64,000 bases of DNA from an uncultured Pseudomonadota bacterium. GTDB lineage: Bacteria > Myxococcota_A > Polyangia > Fen-1088. Positions 19,528 to 29,108 of the stretch are shown piece after piece (the first letter of the stretch is position 1; every line of letters starts with the position of its first letter). A program made the position numbers and the translations under genes. The DNA lies in NCBI GenBank assembly GCA_963847705.1, contig CAWKBC010000029.1:97278-161277 (forward strand), given 5' to 3'. A model generated the notes under the pieces. It did not search any database. It worked only from the letters and a program-made list of their open reading frames with translations, and had not been told where the DNA came from.

Positions 19528-20248
19528 TCAGCGCGGGGCCCGTCGTGAGCGCGCGACTGTCCTTGCGCGCGCGGACGTCTTGGCCCGCACGGGCTTTTTC
19601 AACTCGTCGTCGAACGTCGCCAGAACGGCCTCGTGACCGATCTTCAGATTGCGGGCGAAGAGCGCCTGCATCTTCGCGCCAAGCTTTTGGAGCGCGACGT
19701 CCGGCATCAGCCGGCGCACCGCGGGGAAGAGATCGTGCTCCTCCTCGTGGTGATGATTCGTCATCAACTCCTCGAGGGCTTCGAGCCGTGCCTTGAGCTC
19801 CTTGTCGCCCGCTCTCGTGCCCAGGAGTCGGCGGAGCGCGAAGCGTCCCATGGCGTGCTCCTCGAGCCCTTCGAGGATCAGGTCGGGCTTGATCTTGCGC
19901 ACCGCTGGATAAAACAGATGCTCCTCGATCGAGATGTGCGCCGCGGAGATCGTCGGCCAGCTCGCGAAGCGTTCCGTCGAAGCCCTTCTTCGAAGACTCC
20001 AGGCGCTCGAAGAGCCCTTCGACCAACCGATGCTGATGAACCAACAGATCCGTGGCGCCCGGCGACGGGCCGAGCTCGGTGCTCTTCGTCACCGAGGAGG
20101 CCAGGTCGCGAATCAGCTCTCCCGTCTCGCGCACGACCCCGGCGGCAAAGGAAGCCGTCGAAGCGAGCGCGTTGCCGACCGTCCCGACCGCCGTTTTCTT
20201 CGCCGGGGACTTCGTAGGTCTGGGAGACTTGGCAGCTTTCGTTTTCAT
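19528..20248 (-). pseudogene. hemerythrin-domain protein with a 1-nt frame break
   Basis: N-terminal part (frame of ORF 19280..20248): ...ATDLLVHQHRLVEGLFERL...LRELADDL. It continues in the +1 frame as SAAHISIEEHLFYPAVRKIKPDLILEGLEEHAM...HHEEEHDLFPAVRRL (ORF 19528..19902). The switch is at about 19943-19949. Confidence 0.6.
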
Positions 20249-20522
20249 CGTCGCACGTTAACGGCTGAGTCGCGCTTGGCAAGGACTTCGGCCAGGGGCC
20301 GTCGATGAGACCGCCTGCGAGCCGATCGCGGCTTCTCGCTCGCCGGGGAGTGACGACGCAGGCATTCCTGTCACCGGGCGGTAACTGTCGTCTCAGCAAG
20401 TCCGTCGAAAGTCAGCCGATTGCTGCGGCACGATTGTCGCTTAAGGGAAGTTACCTACGCAGAACCCGCATCTCCTCGCCTAGCTCCACGCCCACCAGCA
20501 ACTCTTTCCAAAGGAAAACGCC

Positions 20523-20786
<264 letters not shown>

Positions 20787-20901
20787 GACCTCCCGGCCGC
20801 CAGGCCGTCGGGGGGCTCGTCGGGCACCACGCCCGGTCGGAACCCCGCCGGCCCGCCATGAAGCCCGTGAGAGAGGGCGCCTGCCCCGAATCGAAGGTCT
20901 T

Positions 20902-21474
20902 TCAGAAGGAGGCCGACAACGACACGCCGCCGGCCGATCGTCCGACCAGCGGAGCCACCTGCCAGGAGACGACGCTGGGAACCACGGGGGGCGGCGCGAT
21001 CAGCGACCTGCGCAGCGCCTTGTTGTGCTGATCGGCCAGCATGCGGGCCTCGGTCTCACCCACCGGATCGAGGTCGATGATGAGGAGGCTCACCCCGACG
21101 GGGACCAAGCCACCTGCCAGCAAGACGTCTCCCGTCGAGTGCCCCTGCACCGCCAGCAAGAGACCGACGGCCGACACCGCAAGCCCGCCGGTCAAGAGAG
21201 TCAGCTTGGCGGCGTGACGGCGCCGGTAGGAGGCGGCCAGGTCCGGGCGATCGACGGCGTCGTAAAAATCCGCGCCGTCCAGCGTCTGCCGGTACTTCCC
21301 ACGGTAGGCGCTCCACGTCCGCCGGCCATTCGAGTCGAGCTCGATCATCTCTCGAAACCCGACGTAGCCGAGCTCCCAGGCCTCGGCCGGCGACTCGGCC
21401 TTGCCGAGCGGGGCCAGCCCCTCGGCGCGGGCGCCATTTCCCGCCAGACCGAATAGCAATATGCTACCCACCAT
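20902..21474 (-). CDS. secreted/membrane protein, unknown function (paralogue of 21537..22217)
   Basis: ATG 21474: MVGSILLFGLAGNGARA signal, central TM (LTLLTGGLAVSAVGLLLAV), C-terminal ...ADQHNKALRRSL...WQVAPLVG. Confidence 0.5.
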   Translation of the reverse strand: MVGSILLFGLAGNGARAEGLAPLGKAESPAEAWELGYVGFREMIELDSNGRRTWSAYRGKYRQTLDGADFYDAVDRPDLAASYRRRHAAKLTLLTGGLAVSAVGLLLAVQGHSTGDVLLAGGLVPVGVSLLIIDLDPVGETEARMLADQHNKALRRSLIAPPPVVPSVVSWQVAPLVGRSAGGVSLSASF

Positions 21475-21536
21475 CAGCGCCGGCCCCCTCACAACTCTCA
21501 CGACGGCGTTGGACGATATCACGGCGGGAGGTTCCG

Positions 21537-22217
21537 ATGATGAATGCAATTCGCATCCTGTGCGGCTTCTTGCTCTTGTCGGCGGCGCTCTGGCCGCGCG
21601 GCGCGCGCGCCGCGGACGCCGAAGTGAGCACGGCGGCCGTGACACCGCTCGAGCCCGGCGACGATGCCGAAGACACCTATGAACGCAACACGCTCGGCGT
21701 CACCGTGAGGGTCGTGATGCAGGCCAACACCAGCCACATCGTCTCCGAGCGCTGGGATCCCACGAAGGGAAAGTTCAAGAAGGCGATCGGCTTCGAGGAT
21801 TTTCTCCTCACGGCCGGCCGGCCCGATCTCTGGGACCACTTCGAGAAGCAGAGCATCCCCATGCGGATCTTGCTGTGGGGCGGCACCGCCCTGGCGTTCG
21901 GCGGCATCATCTGGGAGCTGGAAAGGCACAACGCGCACGGACCGAGCACCGCGCCGCTCGTGGTGAGCGGCATCGGCGTGCTCTCGGTGGCGACCGGTCT
22001 CATCGTGTTCGATCATTTTCCCTGCACCGCCACCCAGGCGGTGGACATCGCCGATCGCTACAACGCCGAGCTGCGCGCCCGGCTCGGCCTGCCCGCGCTG
22101 CCGCCCGAGGGGGTCCCGGCAGCCGCGGCGCCACGCCGCAAGCACCGCGACTGGGTCTTGGCGCCAGCGATCGGCCCCGAGCGTGGCCTGGAGCTGGTTG
22201 GCGCGGCGGTCTTCTAG
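21537..22217 (+). CDS. secreted/membrane protein, unknown function (paralogue of 20902..21474)
   Basis: Signal MMNAIRILCGFLLLSAALWPRGARA, TM ILLWGGTALAFGGIIW, C-terminal ...ADRYNAELRARLGLP...WVLAPAIG. Same layout as the divergent neighbour. Confidence 0.55.
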   Translation: MMNAIRILCGFLLLSAALWPRGARAADAEVSTAAVTPLEPGDDAEDTYERNTLGVTVRVVMQANTSHIVSERWDPTKGKFKKAIGFEDFLLTAGRPDLWDHFEKQSIPMRILLWGGTALAFGGIIWELERHNAHGPSTAPLVVSGIGVLSVATGLIVFDHFPCTATQAVDIADRYNAELRARLGLPALPPEGVPAAAAPRRKHRDWVLAPAIGPERGLELVGAAVF

Positions 22218-22488
22218 TCCAAGCCCTGACTTGCCGCGCCTCCCCATGTTCCGAGTCACGCCCGGGACCACCGGTGCGTAGCGATCGTCGAGTCCTGCAG
22301 TCCGAGGCAACGGGCGTGCTCATCTGCCACAGCAGGCCGACGAGCTTGGATGGTCGATGGGAATCGGCGGGCTGCCGCCCATCGGCGCGTGTCGCGGGCG
22401 GGTCGGACCTCTGGCAACGCCCCGGTCATCCGAAGGTCGCGCGAGTCCAAGCTCAATTCGTGCGGATGGCGGTGCTAGAGATGACGGT

Positions 22489-23403
22489 ATGAGCAACGAT
22501 CGAATGATGGCGCAGATTTCCAGGAAGGAGGGCTTCCTGGCCGCCCTCGATCAGAGCGGCGGCTCGACACCCGGCGCCCTCCGGCAATACGGCGTTCCCG
22601 ACAGCGCCTACAGCGGCGACGCCGAGATGTTCCAGCGCATGCACGAGATGCGGGTGCGCGTGATGACCGCCCCCGCCTTCGACGGCGACAAGGTCATCGC
22701 CGCCATCCTCTTCGAGAACACGATGGAGGGCCAGGCCGCCGGCAAGCCCGTCCCGGCCTGCCTCTGGGACGAGCGCGGGGTGGTTCCGTTCCTCAAGGTC
22801 GATCAGGGGCTGGAGGCGGAGAAGGACGGCGTGCGGCTCATGAAGCCCATCCCCCGGCTCGACCAGCTCCTCCGGCGCGCGCTCGAGCTGGGCATCTTCG
22901 GCACCAAGATGCGCTCGACGATCAATCTCCCCTCGAAGAGCGGCGTCGCCGCCATCGTGGCGCAGCAGCTCGCGGTGGCCGGTCAGATCGCCCGGCAGGG
23001 GTTGGTGCCGATCCTGGAGCCGGAGATCCTGATCACCAGTCCCGACAAGGCCGGGGCGGAGGCCCTTCTCCGGCAGGAGCTGCTGAGCGCCCTCGACGGG
23101 TGGACGTCCAGCCTGCCCGTCCTGGTCAAGCTCACGATCCCTGAGGCGCCGGATCACTATCTGCCGCTGGTCGAACACCCCAAGGTCGCCCGCGTGCTGG
23201 CCCTCTCGGGCGGCTACACGCGTCAGGTCGCCTGCGAACGCCTCTCCCGCAATCACGGCATGATCGCCAGCTTTTCCCGGGTGCTCCTCGAGGATCTGCG
23301 CCGCTCGATGAGCGACGCGGAGTTCGACGCCGCCCTGGCGGCGGCGATCGAGCAGATCTACCGGGCCTCCACGGTGAAGACCCCCGCCGCCTCACCAGGG
23401 TGA
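22489..23403 (+). CDS. fda: class I fructose-bisphosphate aldolase
   Basis: ATG 22489. KEGFLAALDQSGGSTPGALRQYGV...VVPFLKVDQGL...IFGTKMRS...LVPILEPE...LSGGYTR is colinear with the Staphylococcus-type class I Fda (from memory). Confidence 0.85.
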   Translation: MSNDRMMAQISRKEGFLAALDQSGGSTPGALRQYGVPDSAYSGDAEMFQRMHEMRVRVMTAPAFDGDKVIAAILFENTMEGQAAGKPVPACLWDERGVVPFLKVDQGLEAEKDGVRLMKPIPRLDQLLRRALELGIFGTKMRSTINLPSKSGVAAIVAQQLAVAGQIARQGLVPILEPEILITSPDKAGAEALLRQELLSALDGWTSSLPVLVKLTIPEAPDHYLPLVEHPKVARVLALSGGYTRQVACERLSRNHGMIASFSRVLLEDLRRSMSDAEFDAALAAAIEQIYRASTVKTPAASPG

Positions 23404-23498
23404 TCTCCGTGAAGTCGCCGGCGTCAGTCATTGAAACCGCGCGCCGACCACCAGCTCATCGCCCACTGAACGGCGCATCTGCGATAAGGTCCTACGCC

Positions 23499-24527
23499 GT
23501 GAAGACGGAGCGCGCGCAGGGGGCGTGGTGGATTTCGCTGCCGGCGCTGGCGCTGATGGCGGCGGTGGTCGGTTGCGGCGGCGGAAACTCGGCGTCGCCA
23601 GGCGGAGGCAGCACCGGAGGTGGTGGCGGGGGAGCCGGCGCCAGCGGGCAGGCCGGCGCCGGAGAAGCGGGCGCGGGGAGCGCCGGCGCGGCGGGGACCT
23701 CGCCCGATGCCGGGGCCTGCGGCCCGCGAAACATACAGCAGGCGCCGGTGTGGATGGCGACGTCGCTTTCGGCGATGGCCACCATCGTCGACGAGACCGG
23801 GGCGCCCGTCGCCGGCCAGCCAGCGTACATCACCGGCATCAACATCAGCTCGGCGCCCGCCACCACCAGCGCGACCGGCGCGGTGACCATCTCGACCGCG
23901 CTCACCTTCACGGACCCGGTCTTCAAGTACGGAGACAGCATCAATTACGCGCAGCTGACGGTCATGGCGGCGAACGGGACCAATGACTACACCGCCGGCG
24001 GCACGATGACGCTGCTGACGGGCAAGCTGTCCGACAAGCCGGCGGTCGCCCTGACGCCGGGGACGACGGCGATCTCCGGCGACGTGGCGGTCACCGTCCC
24101 GGCCGGCGGCACCGTCCAGATCGACCCCCTGGTGTACGACACCGCAGACAGCCAGAAGCTGCGCACCGTCTCCATGCCGGTCGGCAAGCTGGCGCCGAAT
24201 CTGGGGCAAGCCGGGACGGTGGCCGACTTCGCGCTGGTCTACGGCGTGGCGCCGGCGGAGACCATCTTCTGCCCGGCGGTCTCGGTGGCGGTCACGCTGC
24301 CGCATCAGACCGCGACGGCGTACAACGATCTCGGCTGGGCGCCGGGGACGGCCGTGGAGTTCTGGGTCACCACCACCGACGTCGGCCAGACCTACGCGCC
24401 CTTTGCCGGGTGGTCCAAGATGAGCGACGGCACGGTGAGCAGCGACGGAACGGCGGTCATCACCGCCAGCGGCCCCGGCCAGGGCTTCGTGTTCTTGGAG
24501 ACGTTCGCCATCCGCAAAGGCTCCTGA
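23499..24527 (+). CDS. lipoprotein with Gly-rich linker, unknown function
   Basis: In-frame GTG 23499: VKTERAQGAWWISLPALALMAAVVGC lipobox, GGGSTGGGGGGAGASGQAGAGEAGAGSAGAAG linker, then a beta-rich domain. Confidence 0.55.
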   Translation: MKTERAQGAWWISLPALALMAAVVGCGGGNSASPGGGSTGGGGGGAGASGQAGAGEAGAGSAGAAGTSPDAGACGPRNIQQAPVWMATSLSAMATIVDETGAPVAGQPAYITGINISSAPATTSATGAVTISTALTFTDPVFKYGDSINYAQLTVMAANGTNDYTAGGTMTLLTGKLSDKPAVALTPGTTAISGDVAVTVPAGGTVQIDPLVYDTADSQKLRTVSMPVGKLAPNLGQAGTVADFALVYGVAPAETIFCPAVSVAVTLPHQTATAYNDLGWAPGTAVEFWVTTTDVGQTYAPFAGWSKMSDGTVSSDGTAVITASGPGQGFVFLETFAIRKGS

Positions 24528-24840
24528 CGGACGTCGCCCAGGTGACGGTCGGTCCGGGCGCGCGCGGATCGCTCACCGAACGGGTGAATCGCCCCGAACC
24601 AGCTCAACTGGTCCATCATCGCCTGCATCAACACGGGCGGACGCTCGGGTTGGCCGCCCGGCGGGGATCCGTGGGCGGGCGTGCAGGCTGTGACGAATCT
24701 TGGCAACACGGCGGACGGCTCTGACAGTTCTACCCGTGAGTCTCAAGTCCACGAACTCGTCGCTCCCCGTCATTCTGTCGCCCCTTTTTCGCCCTTCTCA
24801 TTCGAGTGGGCCGCACCAACCCTCGGCGCGGAAGGCCTTC

Positions 24841-26349
24841 GTGACCAAATCTCTCTTGCCTCGCGTCCTGCTCACGGCGCTCTGGAGCATGGGTGTTGTC
24901 GCGTGTTCGACTTCCCCCATCGAGGGAGCGAGCGGAACGGGCGGTAACGAGTCTGGGGGCTCGGGCGGCAGTCGAGGCGGCGGCTCGGGCGGTGTGGCCG
25001 GCGCCGGAGATGGCGCCTCCACGGGCGGCACGCTCGGAACGGGCGGCAACGTCTCGACGGGCGGTGAAACGGGGACTGGTGGCAACCTTTCGACCGGCGG
25101 AGCGACCGGATCTGGGGGGAACGTCTCGACGGGTGGTGCACCGGGGACAGGCGGCCAGGTGTCCACGGGCGGCGTCAGCGGATCGGGCGGCAGGACCGGC
25201 GCCGGAGGGGCCAACGGCGGCAGCGGGGGGACGACTGGTTCGGCCGGAACCTCGGGTTCGGGGGGCTCCAGCTCGAACAACGCGGGACCTTGTGACCTGT
25301 ACGCGACGGCGAACATCCCGTGCGTCGCCGCGTTCAGCACGGTCAGGGTCCTTCTCAGCACCTACAAGGGACCGCTGTACCAGGTTCGTAAAGGGGGGAC
25401 GAACAACGTCTTCAAGGGCAACCAGCCGATCGGCACCGGGGGCGGTACGACAGGTGGAACGACCCAGGACATCGGGGCCACCGCCGACGGCTTCGCCGAT
25501 TCCGCGTCCCAAGACGCGTTTTGCGGCACCGCGACCTGCACCTTCTCCGTCCTCTACGACCAGTCGGGCAAGGGCAACAATCTCACGCAGTCACCCGCAG
25601 GGCAGTACGAGCTTGGACCGGACTACGAGGTGCCGGCGACGCACGCGGTGATGGTCGGCGGCCACAAGGTGTACTCGGCCTATTTCCCAAACCCACCTTC
25701 CTTGCCGTCCGGCTCCGCGCCCTCCGGCTACGGGTACCGGAACAACAAGACCTCCGGTATGGCCACGGGCAGCAACGGCGCGCAGGGCGTTTACATGGTC
25801 GCCGACGGCACTCACTCTGGAAACGGATGCTGCTTCGACTTTGGCAACGCCGAAACCAACAATGGGAGTGGACCCACGGGAGCCATGGCGGCGCTGAACC
25901 TCGGGACCTCCTACTGGGGGACAGGCGCGGGCAGCTCCCCCTGGTTCGAGGGTGACTTCGAGGCGGGAGTCTGGGCTGGAGGTTCGTCGTGCGGCACGCC
26001 AGGTTCGGGCCAGCTCACCTGCAGTGGTCGACAGCCCAACCCTCAAAACCCTTCGATGAAGGCGCTCCCGTACGCGTTCGGCATTCTCAAGACCGGCACC
26101 ACGAACAGCATGCCGACCTGGGTGCTCAAGGTTGGAGACGCCACGGCCAGCACCCTCACGACCGCCTACAGCGGAGCGGCCCCCGCCAAGTGGCAGTTGC
26201 AGGGCGCGGTCCTCCTCGGCACGGGCGGCGACAACAGCAATTCGTCGTGGGGAACCTTCTACGAAGGCGCCATCACCTCCGGCCAGCCGTCCGACGCGAC
26301 CGACGACGCCGTCCACGCCAACATCGCCGCGGCCGGATACGGAAAATGA
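24841..26349 (+). CDS. GH54-type alpha-L-arabinofuranosidase catalytic domain lipoprotein
   Basis: GTG 24841 gives lipobox LLTALWSMGVVAC. A long TGGNxSTGG linker follows. Then GPCDLYATANIPCVAAFSTVR...LYDQSGKGNNLTQ...GYRNNKTSGMATG...CCFDFGNAE...GTGGDNSNSSWGTFYEGAITSGQPSD is colinear with fungal AbfB catalytic domains (from memory). Confidence 0.75.
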   Translation: MTKSLLPRVLLTALWSMGVVACSTSPIEGASGTGGNESGGSGGSRGGGSGGVAGAGDGASTGGTLGTGGNVSTGGETGTGGNLSTGGATGSGGNVSTGGAPGTGGQVSTGGVSGSGGRTGAGGANGGSGGTTGSAGTSGSGGSSSNNAGPCDLYATANIPCVAAFSTVRVLLSTYKGPLYQVRKGGTNNVFKGNQPIGTGGGTTGGTTQDIGATADGFADSASQDAFCGTATCTFSVLYDQSGKGNNLTQSPAGQYELGPDYEVPATHAVMVGGHKVYSAYFPNPPSLPSGSAPSGYGYRNNKTSGMATGSNGAQGVYMVADGTHSGNGCCFDFGNAETNNGSGPTGAMAALNLGTSYWGTGAGSSPWFEGDFEAGVWAGGSSCGTPGSGQLTCSGRQPNPQNPSMKALPYAFGILKTGTTNSMPTWVLKVGDATASTLTTAYSGAAPAKWQLQGAVLLGTGGDNSNSSWGTFYEGAITSGQPSDATDDAVHANIAAAGYGK

Positions 26350-26364
26350 GACCGCGCCGCGGGT

Positions 26365-27192
26365 CTATGCGCCCGCGGCCATCGCGTCTGTGAGGCGGGG
26401 GAACTTGGGCCGAAAGCCCAGGTCTTCGCGGATGCGGCGGCCGTCGAGGAGGGCGTCGAAAGCGCGCGCGGCGTCGGCGTTCGAGCCATCCGGCGGCGGC
26501 GCCCCCACGGAGGCGAACAGCGTGGCGAAGTCGGGGGCCTCGTCGTCGACCACGTTGTAGATGCGATGCGCAGGCGACGGGGCGTCGAGCAAGCGGGCCA
26601 CGGCCTGCGCAACGTCGGCGTGGTGGCCGACCGACATGCGCTGGGTCGGGGAGAAGCTGCGCATCATCGGAATCGCCTCCGCGATGTGCGGATCGCCGTC
26701 GCCGTACACGAACGGCAGCCGAAGCACGCGGACATCGAAACCTTCGCTCGCCAGGAGAAAGCGCTCGGCGGCGAGCTTGCTCACCGGGTAGGCCGCGGTC
26801 GGCGCGCAGGCGTCGTCCTCCTGGGCGAGGCGGCCGCCATTCGAACCGTAGACCAGGCCGGTGCTGGTGAAGACGAAGCGCTTCACGGCGGCGGCCTGGG
26901 CCGCCCGCGCCAGGTGCTGCGTGCCGAGATCGTTGACCGCCTGCGCCTGCTCGGGCGTCGCGCCGCGGAAGAAGGCCGCGCAGTGGACCACGGCCTCGAC
27001 GCCGAGCACCGCCGCTGCGAGCGATGCCGGTTCGAGCAGATCGCCCTCGGCCAGCTCGAGACCAGCTTCGCGCAGGCCGGCGGCGCGCGCCCGATCGCGC
27101 ACCAGGGCGCGCACCTCGTCACCCCGCTGGGCAAGTCGTTTGGCGAGTCGGCTTCCCACCTTGCCGGTCGCTCCCGTGACGAGGATCTTCAT
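26365..27192 (-). CDS. NAD(P)-dependent epimerase/dehydratase-family (extended SDR) protein
   Basis: ATG 27192: MKILVTGATGKVGSRLAKRL (GxxGxxG), YPVSK catalytic motif, 275 aa. The upstream part of ORF 26365..28116 is antisense to the AraC gene. Confidence 0.8.
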   Translation of the reverse strand: MKILVTGATGKVGSRLAKRLAQRGDEVRALVRDRARAAGLREAGLELAEGDLLEPASLAAAVLGVEAVVHCAAFFRGATPEQAQAVNDLGTQHLARAAQAAAVKRFVFTSTGLVYGSNGGRLAQEDDACAPTAAYPVSKLAAERFLLASEGFDVRVLRLPFVYGDGDPHIAEAIPMMRSFSPTQRMSVGHHADVAQAVARLLDAPSPAHRIYNVVDDEAPDFATLFASVGAPPPDGSNADAARAFDALLDGRRIREDLGFRPKFPRLTDAMAAGA

Positions 27193-27351
27193 CTGCCGAA
27201 GATAGCCACCGGCGCTGGTCGGCGATTGGATAAAACGGACAAGCGTGCCCGGAGGGTTGCGCGACGTCGCGGGCGCAATCAAGCTCATCTCGTGTACGCC
27301 AGCGCCGTCCATCGCGACCGCCTTGCGCCGAGCGCGTCGACCGCGCCCGCC

Positions 27352-28074
27352 GTGTCGGCCCTGTTCACCTACGACTGCGATCGCGACGGCCCCGGCGTCG
27401 CGATTCCCCGTCCGGAGATCCAGCTCGTCGTTCGCTTCGGCCCGTCGGCGCGAAGTGGCCTCGACGTGCACGCGTTCGGCGCCCGCCAGAGCGTGCATCG
27501 AAAGCTCATTCGCCGCGGGCAGCGTTCCTTGACGGCGCGCCTTCGGCTGGGCGCGCCGGAGGCGGTGCTGGGCGTGCCCGCCTCCGCGATGGCCGGGCGC
27601 ATCGTCGCGCTCGAGGACCTGTGGGGCGACGTTGACACGCGCCGACTGTGCGCCCGGCTGGCCGACGCGCGCGACATCGCCGCTGCGGCTGCAATCCTGG
27701 AGAGCGCGATCGCCGATCGCCTGGCGACCGCGGAGGGCCGCCCCGCCCGCGCGCAGCTCGCCCGCGCCGCCGCCGACAGGCTGACCAGCGCCAGCGTGAA
27801 CGCCGTCGCCGCCGACCTCGGCGTGAGCGAGCGGCACCTCCGTCGCGTGTTCCACGAAACCGTGGGCGTGAGCCCGAAGGCGTTCGCCAAGCTCGCCCGC
27901 TTCCATCGCGCGCTGAGCGCCGCGCGGCAGGACGCTCACGCGGGCTGGGCGAGCATCGCCGCCGCGGCCGGCTACTACGATCAAGCGCACCTCATCGCCG
28001 AGTTCCGTGCGATCGCGGGCGTGACGCCGCGGGCGCTGGTTGCGGAGATGGGGGCGGCGCCCATGGTTGGCTGA
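27352..28074 (+). CDS. AraC/XylS-family transcriptional regulator
   Basis: C-terminal HTH region VNAVAADLGVSERHLRRVFHETVGVSPKAFAKLARFHRAL...GYYDQAHLIAEFRAIAGVTP. Divergent from the SDR gene. Start is GTG 27352, or alternatively GTG 27292. Confidence 0.7.
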   Translation: MSALFTYDCDRDGPGVAIPRPEIQLVVRFGPSARSGLDVHAFGARQSVHRKLIRRGQRSLTARLRLGAPEAVLGVPASAMAGRIVALEDLWGDVDTRRLCARLADARDIAAAAAILESAIADRLATAEGRPARAQLARAAADRLTSASVNAVAADLGVSERHLRRVFHETVGVSPKAFAKLARFHRALSAARQDAHAGWASIAAAAGYYDQAHLIAEFRAIAGVTPRALVAEMGAAPMVG

Positions 28075-28132
28075 GCAGATCGGAGGGGCCGGAGGCATCG
28101 ACCGATTGACCGGCATTGGCTACGCTCCCGCC

Positions 28133-29026
28133 ATGAGCAACCCTCAAGCAGGTATTTTTGCCCTGGGAACGGCGTCTCATGCCTATCTGGAATTCGATCT
28201 GGCGCATGGCCGAGACGGGCACGCTCTGGTCGCGGCGGTCTCGTCGTTGCGGGAGCCGAGGACGACCATGGGAGGCGTCAACCTGGTGGCCGGATTCCGT
28301 CCCGAGCTGTGGGCCCAGGTGGCGCCTGACGACGCACCGGCCGCGATGGTGGGATTCAATCGCGATCTGGTCGGAGCGGATGGATTCGTCATGCCCGCCA
28401 CTCAGCACGATGCCGTGCTCTGGATATCGGGGAGCGCGTACGACGTGGTCTTCGACGTGGCCCGAAGGGTGATCGCCGAGCTGACCGGACTGGCCGTCGT
28501 GGCCGACGAGACCTCGAGCTGGCCGTATCAGCGCGATCGCGATCTCACGGGTTTTGTCGACGGCTCGGAGAACCCCACTCTGGTCGACGCTCCAGAGGTG
28601 GTCGTGATTGCGGAGGGACACCCTGGCGCCGGAGGCACGGTCTTGCTGCTTCAGAAATGGGCGCACCGAACCCCGCTCTGGCAGTCCCTTTCGGTGGCGG
28701 CACAAGAGGCGGTGATCGGCCGGAAGAAGCTCGACAGCGTGGAGATCGAGAACAAAGCGCCAGATTCCCACGTGGCGAGCACCGACCAAGATCGGTTCGG
28801 CAAGATCTTTCGGCGGAACATGCCGTACGGAACGGTCACCAACCACGGCACCATGTTCGTCGGGTTCAGCTCCGAGCAGCGGCGGCTCTCCCAGATGCTG
28901 GACAGCATGGCGGGGCTGGTGACCGGCGTGCGAGACTCCCTCACCCGGTACACGACCCCGCTCAGCGGCGCGTACTACTTCGTTCCGTCGGTCGAAAGGC
29001 TCCGCGGCGGTTCAGGCAGTCGGTAG
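28133..29026 (+). CDS. Dyp-type peroxidase (YfeX-like)
   Basis: ATG 28133. RDLTGFVDGSENP, VIGRKK, FRRNMPYG, HGTMFVGFS and GGAYYFVPS-type motifs, colinear with E. coli YfeX (from memory). Confidence 0.85.
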   Translation: MSNPQAGIFALGTASHAYLEFDLAHGRDGHALVAAVSSLREPRTTMGGVNLVAGFRPELWAQVAPDDAPAAMVGFNRDLVGADGFVMPATQHDAVLWISGSAYDVVFDVARRVIAELTGLAVVADETSSWPYQRDRDLTGFVDGSENPTLVDAPEVVVIAEGHPGAGGTVLLLQKWAHRTPLWQSLSVAAQEAVIGRKKLDSVEIENKAPDSHVASTDQDRFGKIFRRNMPYGTVTNHGTMFVGFSSEQRRLSQMLDSMAGLVTGVRDSLTRYTTPLSGAYYFVPSVERLRGGSGSR

Positions 29027-29108
29027 CAGGAGTGCCCGGGCCTCCCTCCTCAGCGTCAAGAGCGGAATGATTGCAAGTTACTGACGTTGGCGTCATTATT
29101 TTACAGTC

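Noticed and set aside
24950-25270. Periodic GGN-rich DNA (also at 18880-18990, 23590-23700, 53900-54110 and 60990-61090), considered as possible repeat arrays or a CRISPR
   Set aside because: These are in-frame Gly/Ser/Thr linkers of lipoproteins. There are no constant-repeat/variable-spacer structures and no cas genes. No CRISPR array is present in the window.
27193-28116. Upstream 308 codons of the 583-aa ORF 26365..28116
   Set aside because: This stretch is antisense to the AraC-family gene and is low-complexity. The SDR protein clearly begins at MKILVTGATG (27192).
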